64,000 nucleotides of DNA from Phoronis australis. Lineage: Eukaryota; Animalia; Phoronida. The stretch spans positions 728,591-792,590 of the forward strand of contig NMRA01000160.1 in NCBI GenBank assembly GCA_002633005.1, written 5' to 3'. Positions 1-12,200 of the stretch are shown piece after piece. The notes under the pieces are model-generated. The model had not been told where the DNA came from. It saw nothing but the letters and a program-made list of their open reading frames with translations, and did not search any database. Position 1 is the stretch's first letter. Every line of letters starts with the position of its first letter. The position numbers were made by a program, and so were the translations under genes.

Positions 1-190
1 TTTGAATAATTTACGGAAAGTTGCCAAACCATCAATTTAGATAGAGTTTTTAACGGGCTTTCAGAATATGCTTTCCATTTTTCGCTAGGACGTCTACTTT
101 TCGAATTATTCGTAATTTTCTGATAGCACTGTTCCTTTGTTGAGTGGTCTTGCTGCTTTGATGTTGGTTAAGCTTCTATTGAACAAGCTA

Positions 191-492
191 GACTGTAGCC
201 TATTTCTTACTGATTTATGACATCTAAGTTCGTCATATGAATGGTATGATGCTTTTCATCTTCATCACCATCGTCATCATCTTCGTCATCATCTCCGTCG
301 TCGTCTTTTCAGTTAATTTTGCAAAGTGTCGCTCAAGACTGTAGCCTATTTCTTACTGATTTCTGACCTCTAAGGTCGTCATATGAATGATATTATAATG
401 CTCATCATCGCCACGATCATTGCCATATTCATCATCTTCGTCGTCATCTTTATATTAGTCGTTTTTTCGGTTAATTTCGCCAAGTGTTGCTC
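191..492. repeat. Diverged tandem duplication, unit about 146 bp, containing (CAT/CGT)n
   Basis: agactgtagcctatttcttactgattt...gtcatatgaatg...gttaattt occurs at about 191 and about 336. Confidence 0.85.
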
Positions 493-613
493 CTCGGAGT
501 GCTTTCATTTTGTTTCACTTGTCTGCTCAGTAAGAATCTTGCACTCCTCGGATTCTTTGCTGGTCAGGGGTAGCTGAGCAAACCTTGTTAATCACGTTCC
601 TCTGATGTTTCAG

Positions 614-647
614 GGTGAGGGGCATGGAAGGCGGAAGTCGATACTAA
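614..647 (+). CDS. Terminal coding exon of a putative upstream hnRNP K paralogue (VRGMEGGSRY*); second tandem copy at 671-704
   Basis: Intact tttcag acceptor, with the same 34-nt length, phase and stop as 28928-28961. Upstream exons would lie outside the window. Confidence 0.55.
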
Positions 648-1217
648 ATACTATAGACCTATTGTTTCAGGGTGAGGGGGATGGAAGGCGGAAGTCGATA
701 CTAAATATTATAGACCTATGCATCTGATAAACACTCTGCTTGTGTCTTCAATTTCTTTTTTTAGTAGTAGCATGTAATTCAGTTTTAACTATTCCCATTT
801 TAAATTTGACTTGTGTGTTGTTAACTGACTTTTTAGTGCTTTGTAAATATGATACTTTGTGAAATTTCTTTGATCTTTGTTAATTTAGTGATAATTGATC
901 CCTAGAATTCTTCTGTAGACAACTGCTAATTAATTTGGACAGAAATATTGCTGATGTAGATTTTTATTATTTCGGACTGGTTTCCAATAAAATTGACCTA
1001 TTTTGTGAAATTGTTGACTTGTTTTTATTAGCTTGTCTGAGCTGAGCACTCAGTCACATTGTGTCTGAGGCGCTCCTTTGACAGTAGCAGTTCTCAGGGT
1101 TATGCCATGATTCAATACTGGGCATGTGACTCAGTGTAAAGATCTTGATTTGCACTATGTCCTAAACAAATTGTGCAAAAAAGCTTGGGAAAGACGTGGT
1201 GAATTGTGGGGTGTTAG

Positions 1218-1447
1218 CATGTGCGCACCCAGCCTTCAATATGGGGGCGCTCGAATTCCTGACGTTGTCGACGTTTTGGTAACAAAAAAGTGGGAGACTA
1301 AAAAACAAAAACGAGGGCACCACTGTGAATTGCGCGTTTGCGCTTGTTTAGTGGACTTTTTTCTCATTTTCTCGGATTTTTTTCTCAGAGGCGGACCTTT
1401 TTCCCCACTTCGCCAAATGGGGAGAGCCCCACCTGGGTGCGCGCATG
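1218..1447. mobile_element. MITE family A (TIR CATGCGCGCACCCA); other copies 29470-30132 (interrupted) and 32007-32303, partial inverted copy about 1470-1524
   Basis: Terminal inverted repeats, shared interior (ccacttcgccaaatg) and imperfect 5-bp TSDs (gttag/gttaa; cgtac/cgtag). Confidence 0.8.
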
Positions 1448-1609
1448 GTTAACTACCCAGATTTTTTAGTTTCACATTCTCAAAAATTCGAGCCCCCTGT
1501 CTTTCAGGCTGGGTGCGCGAATGGTCAGTCAGTGCACAATCCAGCAGACTTCTAGTCATACGAGCTACAAACTTGATGGAAAAGAATTCCAAGGTTACAT
1601 GTGACTATA

Positions 1610-2388
1610 TGGCGAAGGTTCACTACTCCGAAGGTCCACTACTCTGAAGATCCACTAGATATCCGAAGGCTCACTAGTACTCTGATCGAAGATCCACTAG
1701 TTCGAAGGTTCACTACGAAAGTTCATTACCTTCGAAAATTCACTACTTCGAATTTCCGCAATTCCAAAACCAGAACTCCGACAGTTCACTGCTCCGATCG
1801 TCTGTGTGCTCACGACTCATACTAAAGCAGAGACAACGTCTGGGGCACGGGTCAAGGCTGCGGCGACCAACGGCGGTTTCGAGAAGACTGAATGGGACTC
1901 CCTGACTTCGTGGAGACTGGCAGAGACAGGGTGGCCTACTTCACTTAGTTTATACCCGGCCTTGTGCGTGGTTCCTTGGGTGAGGTTGAGGCGCAGTGGC
2001 CCTAAACTTGTCATCCGCGCTGCGTTGCGATCTTGACATAGATTTGATGAATGTGTCGTGGTTGATAATTCATCTGTATTCCTAAAATGCAAGTGCGTAC
2101 TCATTTTAAGACATATGCGGGCAATTTCGCATGCACATGAAGTCTGACCGCCGTTTGTAGTTGTAGCCTACTGACGGGCAGCTAAAGACGGTGGTCACAG
2201 TCTACACGAGTCCACAAAAAGTGTTGTAATGCCCGGGCGTTGTTTTCGATATAGGCGTGTCTAATAACCGAAGTATCGTTTATTTTTGCATGTAAAAGTT
2301 AATTTGCAAGATATTTTTGGAGCAGTGAAACTTCGGAGTAGTGAATCTTCGAAGTAGTGAACCTTCGAAATAGTGGGCTGTTTCCGTC
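1610..2388. mobile_element. Non-autonomous DNA element with inverted arrays of about 16-bp subterminal repeats (cgaaggttcactactc)
   Basis: Tandem cgaagg(t/c)tcacta(c/g) units at 1612-1800 and their reverse complement at 2320-2376. Confidence 0.6.
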
Positions 2389-3725
2389 CATTTCCAGCGA
2401 TATAGTGTTTGATTTTATTTCTGTTTCTGTTGACGAAGGACATTATTATACTCCGAAAATTTTAGTTGATCCATTCTTGTTGTTTTATTTACCTATTTAT
2501 ATTCAGCGATATAAGCAACTTAAGTAAACACGCAAAAATACGACCGGCATTCGCCGACTAAACTTCATGATATTTCCCTCCGAGTATGTAAAGAGGTGTA
2601 GTCACTCATTTATGCAAGGTTGATTTGAAATTTTGGCAGGACCGAGAACGTTCTCATTCTAGACCACATTACATCCAAATTTGCATCCCGTTCTTTGTGA
2701 GCACTGCCGTCTCTGCATCCTTTCTGGTAGTACAAATTCCGTCTCATTTCATGAACATCAGAGCTGAGAGTCACCGTTGTGTAGAGATTTTCCCTTCCCC
2801 CTAATTAAGCTGCGTCGAGGGCCTTACCGAAAACTACAGTGTCGACGTTTGCAAAATATCTAAGGTCCAGATACACCATTCTTGAAATTTGAACCAACCG
2901 CCGCTCAATGTCGGCTACGGGCCTAGGGTGTAAACGGCAAAATTTAAACTTGTTTTGCAGTTACATATATTGAAAACCCCGTTTCACTAATTTCATTCTG
3001 ATAATTCGTACAGCCGACCTGGGTAAATTTCAAAGTTTGCGGAAAGTGTAGTTACAAACACCATGCATATGATTCAGTCGGGCATCACCTAGCGGCTCTT
3101 GAGTCATAAAAGATGATGAGCCTGGCTCCGGAGATCACTGAGAGTAGGCCTACTCGACTACGCTTTGGATAATGGGAGGGGTGCAGATGAAGGGGATACC
3201 CACTGTATATATAGGGGTTTAGTCTCTAAGTAAGTGACCCGTTTGCAGTCAGCTTCCAAAAAGTCAGCGTTTCATACAGTTTTGGGGGCAGAAAACGTTA
3301 TCATCATACCCTTTTAGTTGTCACTGTTTAATTCCCTAAACGTAATTTCACACGGATCGGCTTGGGCAGCTGTATTCTTAAGTAATTAAATCTGAAGGAG
3401 TACAAGACTTGGCCAAGTTGTAAATTGAGTTAAATAAAAATATTTAAAAATTTGCTGTAGATTTTTGTATCAAGAAAATAGCATCCTTCTGGCACTGGGA
3501 GCCTAATTATACTCCCAAAATGCATGAACTTCCTCTTTTGTTGGGAAAGTTGGAAAAGACGTCTATTTTGTTGGAATTCAAAGGGAGACTGATCGTGAAG
3601 TCATACAAATGATCCCCGTATCAGCTTTCTATGACAGCCCCCCCCCCCCACTGGTTCATTCATGCCCAGAATTGTAGGTTAGGCTTTCCTCAATTACCAA
3701 CTGACCTTTGGTAATTGGCCCATCA

Positions 3726-4056
3726 CAGGGGTGGATCCAGGATTTTGAGTTAAGGGGGGCAGGGGGCAGGAATAACCAGAATTTCGCCTCATGCGAGCGC
3801 CAAGCCTAAAATGTAGGGATGAAGCGGGTCTCGAATATTTGGGTTTGTGGACCTTATTACTAAAAAAAACGGGACGGGGTTTGTTCAATTAAGGCATATG
3901 CATTGTGCATTGCCCCAACCCCCCCTCCCCCAAGCCCCCTGGGTGAGCGCAAATGCTAGTCGGCAATTCGCACCCCGAACTGCCAAATGGAATCTGGGAG
4001 AATTTTACGGGGGCCATGGCCCCTCTGCTCCCCCCCGGCCCCTAAATCCGCCACTG
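3726..4056. mobile_element. MITE (CAGGGGTGGAT...ATCCGCCACTG) with 5-bp TSD CATCA
   Basis: TIR and TSD are visible. Related cagtggcggatc ends occur at about 36271 and 62199. Confidence 0.8.
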
Positions 4057-4444
4057 CATCATGTTGCAAGCCCAAGAAATTTATAGGAGTAGAATACTGG
4101 CTGTTTAGTTTTTAGGTTGTAAAGTCACATCTTTGTCAGATTTTCAAAATTCAAAAACCTAACCCCGTGCATGATTCGAATAAGCTATTTAAAAACTTTC
4201 AAAACGAAAATGTAAAAAATAGGCCTACTATTGCCGCCCACAGTGTTTACAACCATGCTGATGATGGGCAATTTCTCACCTGATTGCCTCGGAAATGCGG
4301 CTGACGATGGTTGATTGGATTCTTTGAAGAAAGCAGCGGATTTTAAGGTGGACTTGTATTCTTTTCATCCATGCCTGGCTAAGAAGTCGTATCCTGCGGA
4401 CTAGGTAACAAACATGACATTGCAATTCAAGAGGTAGCATACGC

Positions 4445-5929
4445 ACGTTTCACTGTTGAAGTTGTTATGTTTTATTGTTAACGGCTGGGCTCAGGGTGTA
4501 GACAGTGGTCACAACGTTGGTGTAGTATTTTTGGATTTTAAAAAAGCTTTTGATCTCGTTGATCACAATATACTTCTAAGCAATTTGTTAATTTACAAGT
4601 TTGGGCAAGGTCTCCGTAGACTGGTTTAAATCATCTCTCAGAGAGGTGCCAGGTTGTATACCTTGGTGGACATTTGTCCGAGTCCCGAGGTATCACACGC
4701 GGTGTTCCCCAGGGATCCATCCTGGGACCTCTGCTGTTTTTACTTTTTATAAATGATCTCTCTTTAGTCTGCGAAAACACGGTTGACATGTATGCAGATG
4801 ACACTACTTTGTCTGTTGTGGCAAACTCGCTGATCGCTGTAAAGGACAGACTCCAGTCTGATCTGGATAAGGTTGCTACCTGGTCTGATAATAAAATGGT
4901 AATTTTAATTAAAATGCTGAAGAAATAAAATGTACGAGTATTGTCACAGAGCCGCCAGCATAGTAGACGTAATCTTGAGCTTAACCTTGCTATTTCCAAT
5001 GTACGCCTCAAATGTGTTGACAGTGAAAAGTTATTAGGTGTTACTGTAGACAAGACCCTCTGGTCTAGCCATATAAATGGGACTGTGTCCAAAATTAGGG
5101 AGCGCCTTGGTCTTATCCGGCGTATATCACCATTTCTTCCCACAGTAGGGCGTCTGCAATATTTCAGCGCTTGTGTATTCCCTCTGTTCGTTTATTGTAG
5201 TACAGTGTGGTCAGGATGCAACTTAAATGCAAAATTAGTTTCCTCTTTATTGAAGGCTCAGATCGACAAGCAGGCGGCCAGACTTGTTCTAGGTGTGCCT
5301 TTTGACACTCCGTCAACTCATATGTTTAATAGACTGGGGTGGCTCTCTATTGACAAATATTTTATACATAGGCGTCTGTGTATGATGATAGGTGCTTTCA
5401 CGGTAATGTACCGACTTATCTATCTCGTAATCTCGTACTTGTTCGAAATAGCCACCAGATCAGGACACGATTTTCTGCCTCAAACAACTTTGGTTTTGCC
5501 CAGACACAGAACATCGTTTTAGTCTAAGTCCTTCTCATTTATTCAGACCATCAAACAGTGGAACAATTTGCCTAATAGTCTTAAGGATGCTGACTGTTAT
5601 GATAATTTCAGACACCACCTAATTAGTTACTGTGGTCGTCAAAGATGTCCCTCCTTTTTGTCTTTCCAATATATTTACCAAAAAAAATTATTTATTTATC
5701 TTTAATTCAATTTTTTTATCCAATTTGTAAATACTATTTTATTTAATGTATCTTATTGTATCTTAATTTAATCTGTTTATCTAACTTGGTTAATTAAATT
5801 TCTTGCTGCAGAGGACCATGCTGGATATTAGCCTTTGGCTAAAGCATGTTTTACATTTATTGTATTTTTATCCTCTTTAAATAAAGTTTATTAATTATTA
5901 TTATTATTATTACTATTACTATTATTATT
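4445..5929 (+). mobile_element. 5'-truncated, frameshifted CR1/L2-type LINE (RT domain, 3' UTR, (ATT)n tail)
   Basis: VFLDFKKAFDLVDHNILL (about 4524-4577), GVPQGSILGPLLFLLFINDL, MYADDTT, KLLGVTVD and YCSTVWS motifs; AATAAA plus (TTA)n tail at 5880-5929. Confidence 0.93.
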
Positions 5930-6466
5930 GTCTAGAAATGCCTATGCGAATTAGTGCGACTGCTGGAAACTCAGGAAGACACAAGTCCAGTCACTCATTG
6001 AAGATGAGGCCAGGTACTGATGTGCGTGCCAGGCATCCACATGTGATCTCCTTACAATGATCACAAGACAGAGATACTATAAGGAATATAGCCTATTGGG
6101 CACAAAATATTTCATTTTGAAAGAGCCGCTTGCCAGCAGACGCTTCCAGATAATGGGCTATCTATACATACACTGACTATATATTTATCTCATCGCTTCC
6201 AGTCTGCTTCTGTCTGTCTGTCCAGAAAATAGAGAGACCTCTAGCGTCGAATATGTATGTCATGATGTTTTACCAAAGACCATGATGTATCATACTCCGT
6301 TGACACTTCTGTTAACAAGAATCTTATTTTATTATTTGAATACGTTAGTTTGATGTAGTTAGTTTTAGTATTTGCGAGAATGCAAATATTTTTCAAATAT
6401 ATATAACACACATTATTGCTAAGCATCACATAAATAGTACATTAATTGTTGTGGTACCAAGTAAAT

Positions 6467-6985
6467 CCGCCATTTTGTGAGTTCAGCGACGAGGTAAAGT
6501 TGAGGTTCTTTATCAAATATTTGTCAAGAAAATATTGAATTAGTTTTCGTTCGGAGCAGGTTGTGTCTAGCTTATGCAGAGTGTAATTTGGAACATTATT
6601 GCAGTTCAGAGAATCATGCACTTGTGACTTGAGTTGTAGTTCACAGTTCAGTGTATACTCGGAAACCAATGGTCGTCCGCCTAAGCATAAAACCGGCTTG
6701 TTGTCGTGCTCACCCAATTATTCCACTTCAAAGTTATGCTCTCAATAGGATTTGATTTAACTCTCTCAAATATATTATTCGTTGATTCAAAAGTTTTCTT
6801 TTATTTATACCGATTTGTTTCAACTGTGCATTGCTTTTCGGCAGCCATTTTGTAATGACGCCTATGGTCGTCATATGCTGCCGCCTTTTGAAAGAACAGA
6901 AAACCACGCAGAAAAAGGCCAAGAAAATAGCGGAAGGTGGTTTACAAGAATTCTAGATCAACCGCAAATTGTTTTACTGGTATGA
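6467..6985 (+). promoter_or_regulatory. Candidate hnRNP K promoter and non-coding first exon(s)
   Basis: Two YY1-type GCCATTTTG motifs (6469, 6844), each followed by a donor-like site (gtgagt 6477, gtaaag 6494, gtatga 6980). The ATG exon begins with an acceptor, so an upstream exon is required. Confidence 0.4.
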
Positions 6986-7174
6986 TATCGATTTTTAAAA
7001 CGATTAAAATCGATTCAGAATTTCAGTTCTGGAAAATAAATCGCGATTGTTTTATTCCAGATAGACCTTACTTATTTTCTATTTGTGACCTCTTTATTTG
7101 ACATATTGCTGTTGCTGTTCTTAATACCACTTATCTCTGCTGTCTTTCTTTTTCTTTTCAGTTTTTCTTCATTC

Positions 7175-8552
7175 CAGGGCTCAACATTAACTTTTGAAGC
7201 CACTTGCCCTTCGGGCAAGTAGTTGAAATTTTTACTTGCCCGAACAACGAATTCACTTGCCCCAAGTACAATCCCAAATAGCACCGCGCATGTGCACACC
7301 TAAGTAATGTGTTACCGTAGGGCTGCCTGTGCTGAGCCTCCTCTTGTGTTGTGCACGCTACATACATGAGTTACTATTTTTTTAACGATTCTTCTTATAG
7401 AACATTTATTTATAAGGTGTGTCAAAACACTAGAGAGACAAATTAGAAGAGTAACTATGGTATCTGAACCATTGTCACACATTCACAGGCGCCGAAATGA
7501 GCTAGGGCATGAACTCTCGACACTTCTGCGTATTCATTAGTTTGTACGCCCTTATGCATTAAACTTGAGTTGTTGCTAACCTGAATTTCAATTTTTGCTA
7601 TCCGTAAAAAACTTGCACAGTTTTGGTCATCGGTACCTTGTATTAAATTAAAATCAAATTTAAACATATAATAATGCCACATATACTTTTATTTTCAATA
7701 AATAATTACATTTTTGAAAAAAAGATAGACCGCGAAAAAGTCACCCTTCAGACTTCAGAACGGCAATCCCGAAGACCGTATCGTTTTCCTCTTCTTTCGG
7801 GAGTCGCCACCGGGAACCAGGAATTCATAAGAATGTCCTTTGGAATTCCCCCTGAATAAATACCAGGCCTTTTAAACTGCTGTGTAGTGTAGAAAATATG
7901 TCGTCAATCCTTCACTTTTTAGCTTTTGCGCTTATCTGTATGACTTACATCCGCTGACGAACGCGGTGCTTCCAGCTGTACATGGGTAAACGCCGGCAAA
8001 AATCAAACGTCGTCCATTGTTCACTGTCTCGCAGGCCAGAAAACCTAATTTCCCATGACGGAACCCATCCCCGCACTTTTTTCGTTTCATATTATTGCTT
8101 TGATTCTTCCTGAACTTGTTTTTTAGCAACTAAACCAATGCCGTCCAGGCCTGGACGGCTTCCATGTTAAGACGTTTTGCCAGAGTGCAGACGATCAGTA
8201 GTATCACGTGACAACTTATTCAGAAACTGCAGGGCACGTTCAGAGAATCGAAAGGATATGACCGCGAGTGTCATCTGTGCACGCTGCATAACACTCGATC
8301 TATTTTCCTTTCGGTCCTCATTCGAAGACGGGAGTTTCTTTGACGGCAACAGGGACTTTTTCGACGGTTTTTAGGCTTGTGTCGGGGTTCGTTACTTTGG
8401 AGCAAATGTGGAGCAGACAATCTTAGGATCTACATGTCTATGCGGTTAGCTTTTTAACTTGCCCATTGGGCAAGTACTTTTCAAATTCCACTTGCCCGAC
8501 GCAAAATCTACATGTACACGGGCAATCGGGCAACCGTTAGTGTTGAGCCCTG
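7175..8552. mobile_element. hAT-like non-autonomous element, TIR CAGGGCTCAACAYTAAC, 5-bp TSD CATTC
   Basis: Clear TIRs, subterminal acttgccc repeats and a TSD. The minus-strand remnant STAFVSGCKSYR (about 7935-7970) is reminiscent of a hAT N-terminal zinc finger (weak). Confidence 0.85.
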
Positions 8553-9162
8553 CATTCTCTCACCTTGTCAGTCAAAACAGAACTGTAACCCTTTTACCTT
8601 TGAGACCGTGTCGGCGGAAGTTGATCATTGAACCTCGATACAGTTGTTCTAATAAATAAATAAATAAATAAATAAATACCCAAGTTGCATTTGCATTTTA
8701 TTGCTCAATCTTTTCTTTTATTTTTAATTATGTCTTGCTTTGTTGTATGTAACAATGCATTATAATGAAATAAAGTCAATGTTTTACTTTATTACTCGAA
8801 CAAATATTCCCGTTATCGAACTTCTTCTTTGAGCAGTCCCTCGTTCGGTTCCCAAAATCGGTAACCCGTCATTTTTATCACTGCGCGCGGCAGGGGTGGG
8901 GTGGGGGTGTGATGTCGTGTCCCCTAGTCAATGCCAAGAAAGTGGCCACCATCATTGTGGCCACTGTCAGGTCTTTGCAAGACCAAATATCACTTCGCAT
9001 CTCTGTTAAGAACATGTTGAGACCAATTATATAGTGTTAGTTGGTTTAAATCGAAAATTTCAACGGAATGCAAGTTCAGTTTTGCCAGCTATAGCACCAT
9101 GTTGCTGTAAATTTGCTCAAAATGACCGGATATCTTTTTACTTGAGTGTATTGTCATTTCAG

Positions 9163-9213
9163 GAAATTACAACTGAAAATTCACAATGGCAGATGACAGT
9201 TTCAACAGTTCAG
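9163..9213 (+). CDS. HNRNPK: hnRNP K coding exon 1 (short 5' UTR, ATG at 9186, [10 protein letters not shown])
   Basis: tttcag acceptor, ACAATGG start context and cag|gttagt phase-1 donor that matches the phase of the next exon. Confidence 0.75.
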
Positions 9214-12200
9214 GTTAGTAAATATGCTTGTTGTGTTATGCCACAAGAAAGTAGATTCCTTCTATTAAAATGGTGGAATTGGGGTAGACAATAACTGATG
9301 ATAGTTTTTTTATTTGTCGGACTTGCCTCGTGAGAAATGCTAAAAATTTTACCGTATGTTGCTTGATGACTGCTATACCATACAAAGCAAATTTCCTGAA
9401 ATGTTGATGTCGAGAAATTGCAGAAAAGAATGAAATTTCATACTGAAGAAATTTTAAGCTAACTTGTGCTTCCAAGACTTTAAAAATGGTTTCCTGCGAC
9501 CAAACACGTATGTAGGCACACGTTATCCCAGACCAGCCAACATTTGCTGCTCTGTCCTGAACGCTTTGGTGAATGTTCATGATGTTTTGGAGACGTGCTC
9601 CTGTGGGATGGCATGAGCTAATTTTTGGGCAGATCCGTCAACCGGTGTGTCCCATAGTGGCAATTTTAATATTTTTACGTTTTCTTTTGAGTTCCTCGAC
9701 GGTTTTCGTGATAGAAGGCAATGATGCCTTCAGTTTTCAAATTAATTTGTACTCCACCAAGTTATTTTTAGTATTTTTGAGTCAGTATCTACCAAGTTCA
9801 TTGATGGATCTTCATGAAATGTGTGTTTATTTAAAATAGCTCATCAAGTTCAACTGATTTGGATTTTGGATCAAATCCGACTACTGGAGGGTCCCATAGC
9901 GGCAATTTTGTTTTTTGTTTTTCTTTGAGTTTGTCTTGATATTTATCGTGTTCCTTGGATGTTCATGAAATGTGGTGAAAGATGCCTTTTTTATGGATTT
10001 TGTGTTCTTAGTTGTCTGCCTCCCTGTCCTCCAAAGAATCATGATGAGAGGTGGCAGGTGGGTTCCTATTGATAGCTGGCCTCAGTTTCATATTATTTTG
10101 TCAAGTGATTGGAAACCAATGTCAAGAACTACAGATTTTGCAGCACTGGTCAAAATTATTTATTTCAAGAGGTGTATCCTACCTAACAATATTTCCAAAA
10201 ATGTGTTTTGGGCCCTTTAACCGATTATATCTTGTGAAGATTTTCTCCAGCTGAAAGCCACAATGTCATCATTTCCTTTCTCAGTGACTAGACCTTGTAT
10301 TACGTAGGTCTTGTCGCCATTGTCTTACTTGCATGTACAGTGTTGACTTGTGTGTTCTGCAGGTGGTTTCAAGCGTAGCTTAGATGATGATGGCGGCAAT
10401 GACGGTGGCTCCATCAAGAGGTTCAAGTCTGGTGAGGGTCCGAACATGGAACTGAGGGTCCTTGTGTTGTCCAAGGTAGGTGAGGTGTTGCGATGACTGC
10501 GTCATGTCACATTCAGGCTAGAGTACATCAGCAATGCCCTGATCACTCATGGCCCTCGATCCCTTGAAATTGTGGCCGGATATTGGCCCCATTCCCCCTC
10601 TCAAAATATTATTAAAAATCTCGCAAAATTCCCCTCATAGTTTTAACCTCAGACAACTGTGAAATTGTATTCAAACCCACTAACCGCCAGACACCGGAAA
10701 CGTCACGAACTGGTTTCCCTATAAAGTAAGTGCCACGTACAGTTGTGCTAGAACCAGGTTTGCATTATTTCACTCTTGTGAACTGAAGACACAAAACTAA
10801 GACAGCTTCCGTTTGTCTGTGGCTCAAAATGGAGCACAAACAGGTTCTACATGAGAAGATTGTGAAAAGCCATGCGGCGGAGTATAGGACCATACAGGAA
10901 GGTGCGTTTTCACTGATGAACTTGCTGTGCAGTCTCAGATGTTTGCACAGCTAGCTCATTGGGATTATTCACTGACACTGTGGCCAACATCACTGCCACT
11001 GTCAGCTAAGACCAGCTAAGCATTGCTCTTCTTGTCTATTCACTGAGGTGGAAGAAGGACTGAACGGTCAAATTTAAGGAAATGTAACGCTATTGTGAGA
11101 GATTAAAAAGATTGTTTAGCTGAAACCCTTCATTATTGTGCCAGCAAAGCGGGTTCTGTGCTACAAGGTGGAGGTCTGTTCCCTACAAATATTGCTTAAC
11201 CTAGGCTCATGCTAGCCGCTTGTCAACTCGCCATGGGCGAATTCTGAGCGGCACTGGCGATGTTAGAGCTAAGTCTAATCGCCAACTTGGCGAATGCTTT
11301 CGCAGCTTGACAATAAAAATAATTTCGGGAATCCTGCTTGTGTGTCGACTCACCTTCAGCTCATATTAAGTTGTACTGCAAGCTACATTCTTACGATTCC
11401 GAGCCCTAAAGGTAGGAACCAAATGTTCCATTTCATGTCCGTCACTCCCCCTAAAATCACAATTTCATTGCAACGAAATGTTCAGCTGTGTAGGAGGTGC
11501 TAGCGCTTCAATGGCGATTTCTTGCCTTATAGCGAGATCTCGTGTAGGTGCTGCTCCTTGTCGTCTAGAAGTGACAATGTCAAGACAGCGGCAGCCAGAA
11601 GAAAGCAAAGTGAAGTAAACATCAATTTGTTAGTTAATGAGTTTTACATTTACTACTCTGCACGATTTAGCTTTATTTTGCAGGCCACAAGCTATGTTAA
11701 TGTTTTTGCACCTAAATGTCTTGCTTATCAAAATCCCAACGTGGCTGGTGTACGCGTGCTGTAACCCGGAGAAAGAGGGGAATCCCTGCCCAATTTTTTA
11801 GGTCAACATCAATGAAATGCACAACGTTGGGATATAAGGAACCTCTGCCCAGTTTTTTAGGTCAACATCATGCCCATGTGGCCAGCATACCGACGCCATA
11901 ACCCAGGGATTGGGAGAATTTATTTGGCTTATAATTTTTGAAAATGGCTAAAAGTTTTCAGCTACTTTAGGCATTTTGGCTAATACCTTTAAAAGTCTAG
12001 TGCAAGTCTAGTTAACTAACTTTGTCTTTAAGGTGTTAGTAGTGACATATTTAGTAGATATTGAAAGTTATTTTCATAGATGAATGTTTACTAACAACTT
12101 CATTGTTCTGTGCTTGTGCGAAAATGAACCATTGTCTTGGTGTGCCTTCATAAGCCACACATTGCTAAACAGTAACATATAGGATGTGAACGCTGGAGGC

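Larger units (their letters stand above)
507..1450 (+). repeat. Diverged segmental copy of the hnRNP K last-intron end, terminal exon, 3' UTR and flank (partner about 28842-30135)
   Basis: Collinear sequence, e.g. tgagcaaaccttgtt, ggaagtcgatactaaa, agacctatgcatctgataaacactctgcttgtg, ttagcttgtctgagctgagcactcagtcacattgtgtctgagg. Confidence 0.95.

Noticed and set aside
383-577. Hydrophobic 64-aa ORF resembling a membrane peptide
   Set aside because: It derives from (CAT/CGT)n simple sequence in a tandem duplication.
1610-1800. Short regularly spaced repeats resembling a CRISPR array
   Set aside because: The units are contiguous about 16-mers without unique spacers, mirrored at 2320-2376, in eukaryotic DNA with no cas genes. 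They are transposon subterminal repeats.
4631-5143. 170-aa minus-strand ORF
   Set aside because: It is antisense to the LINE RT.
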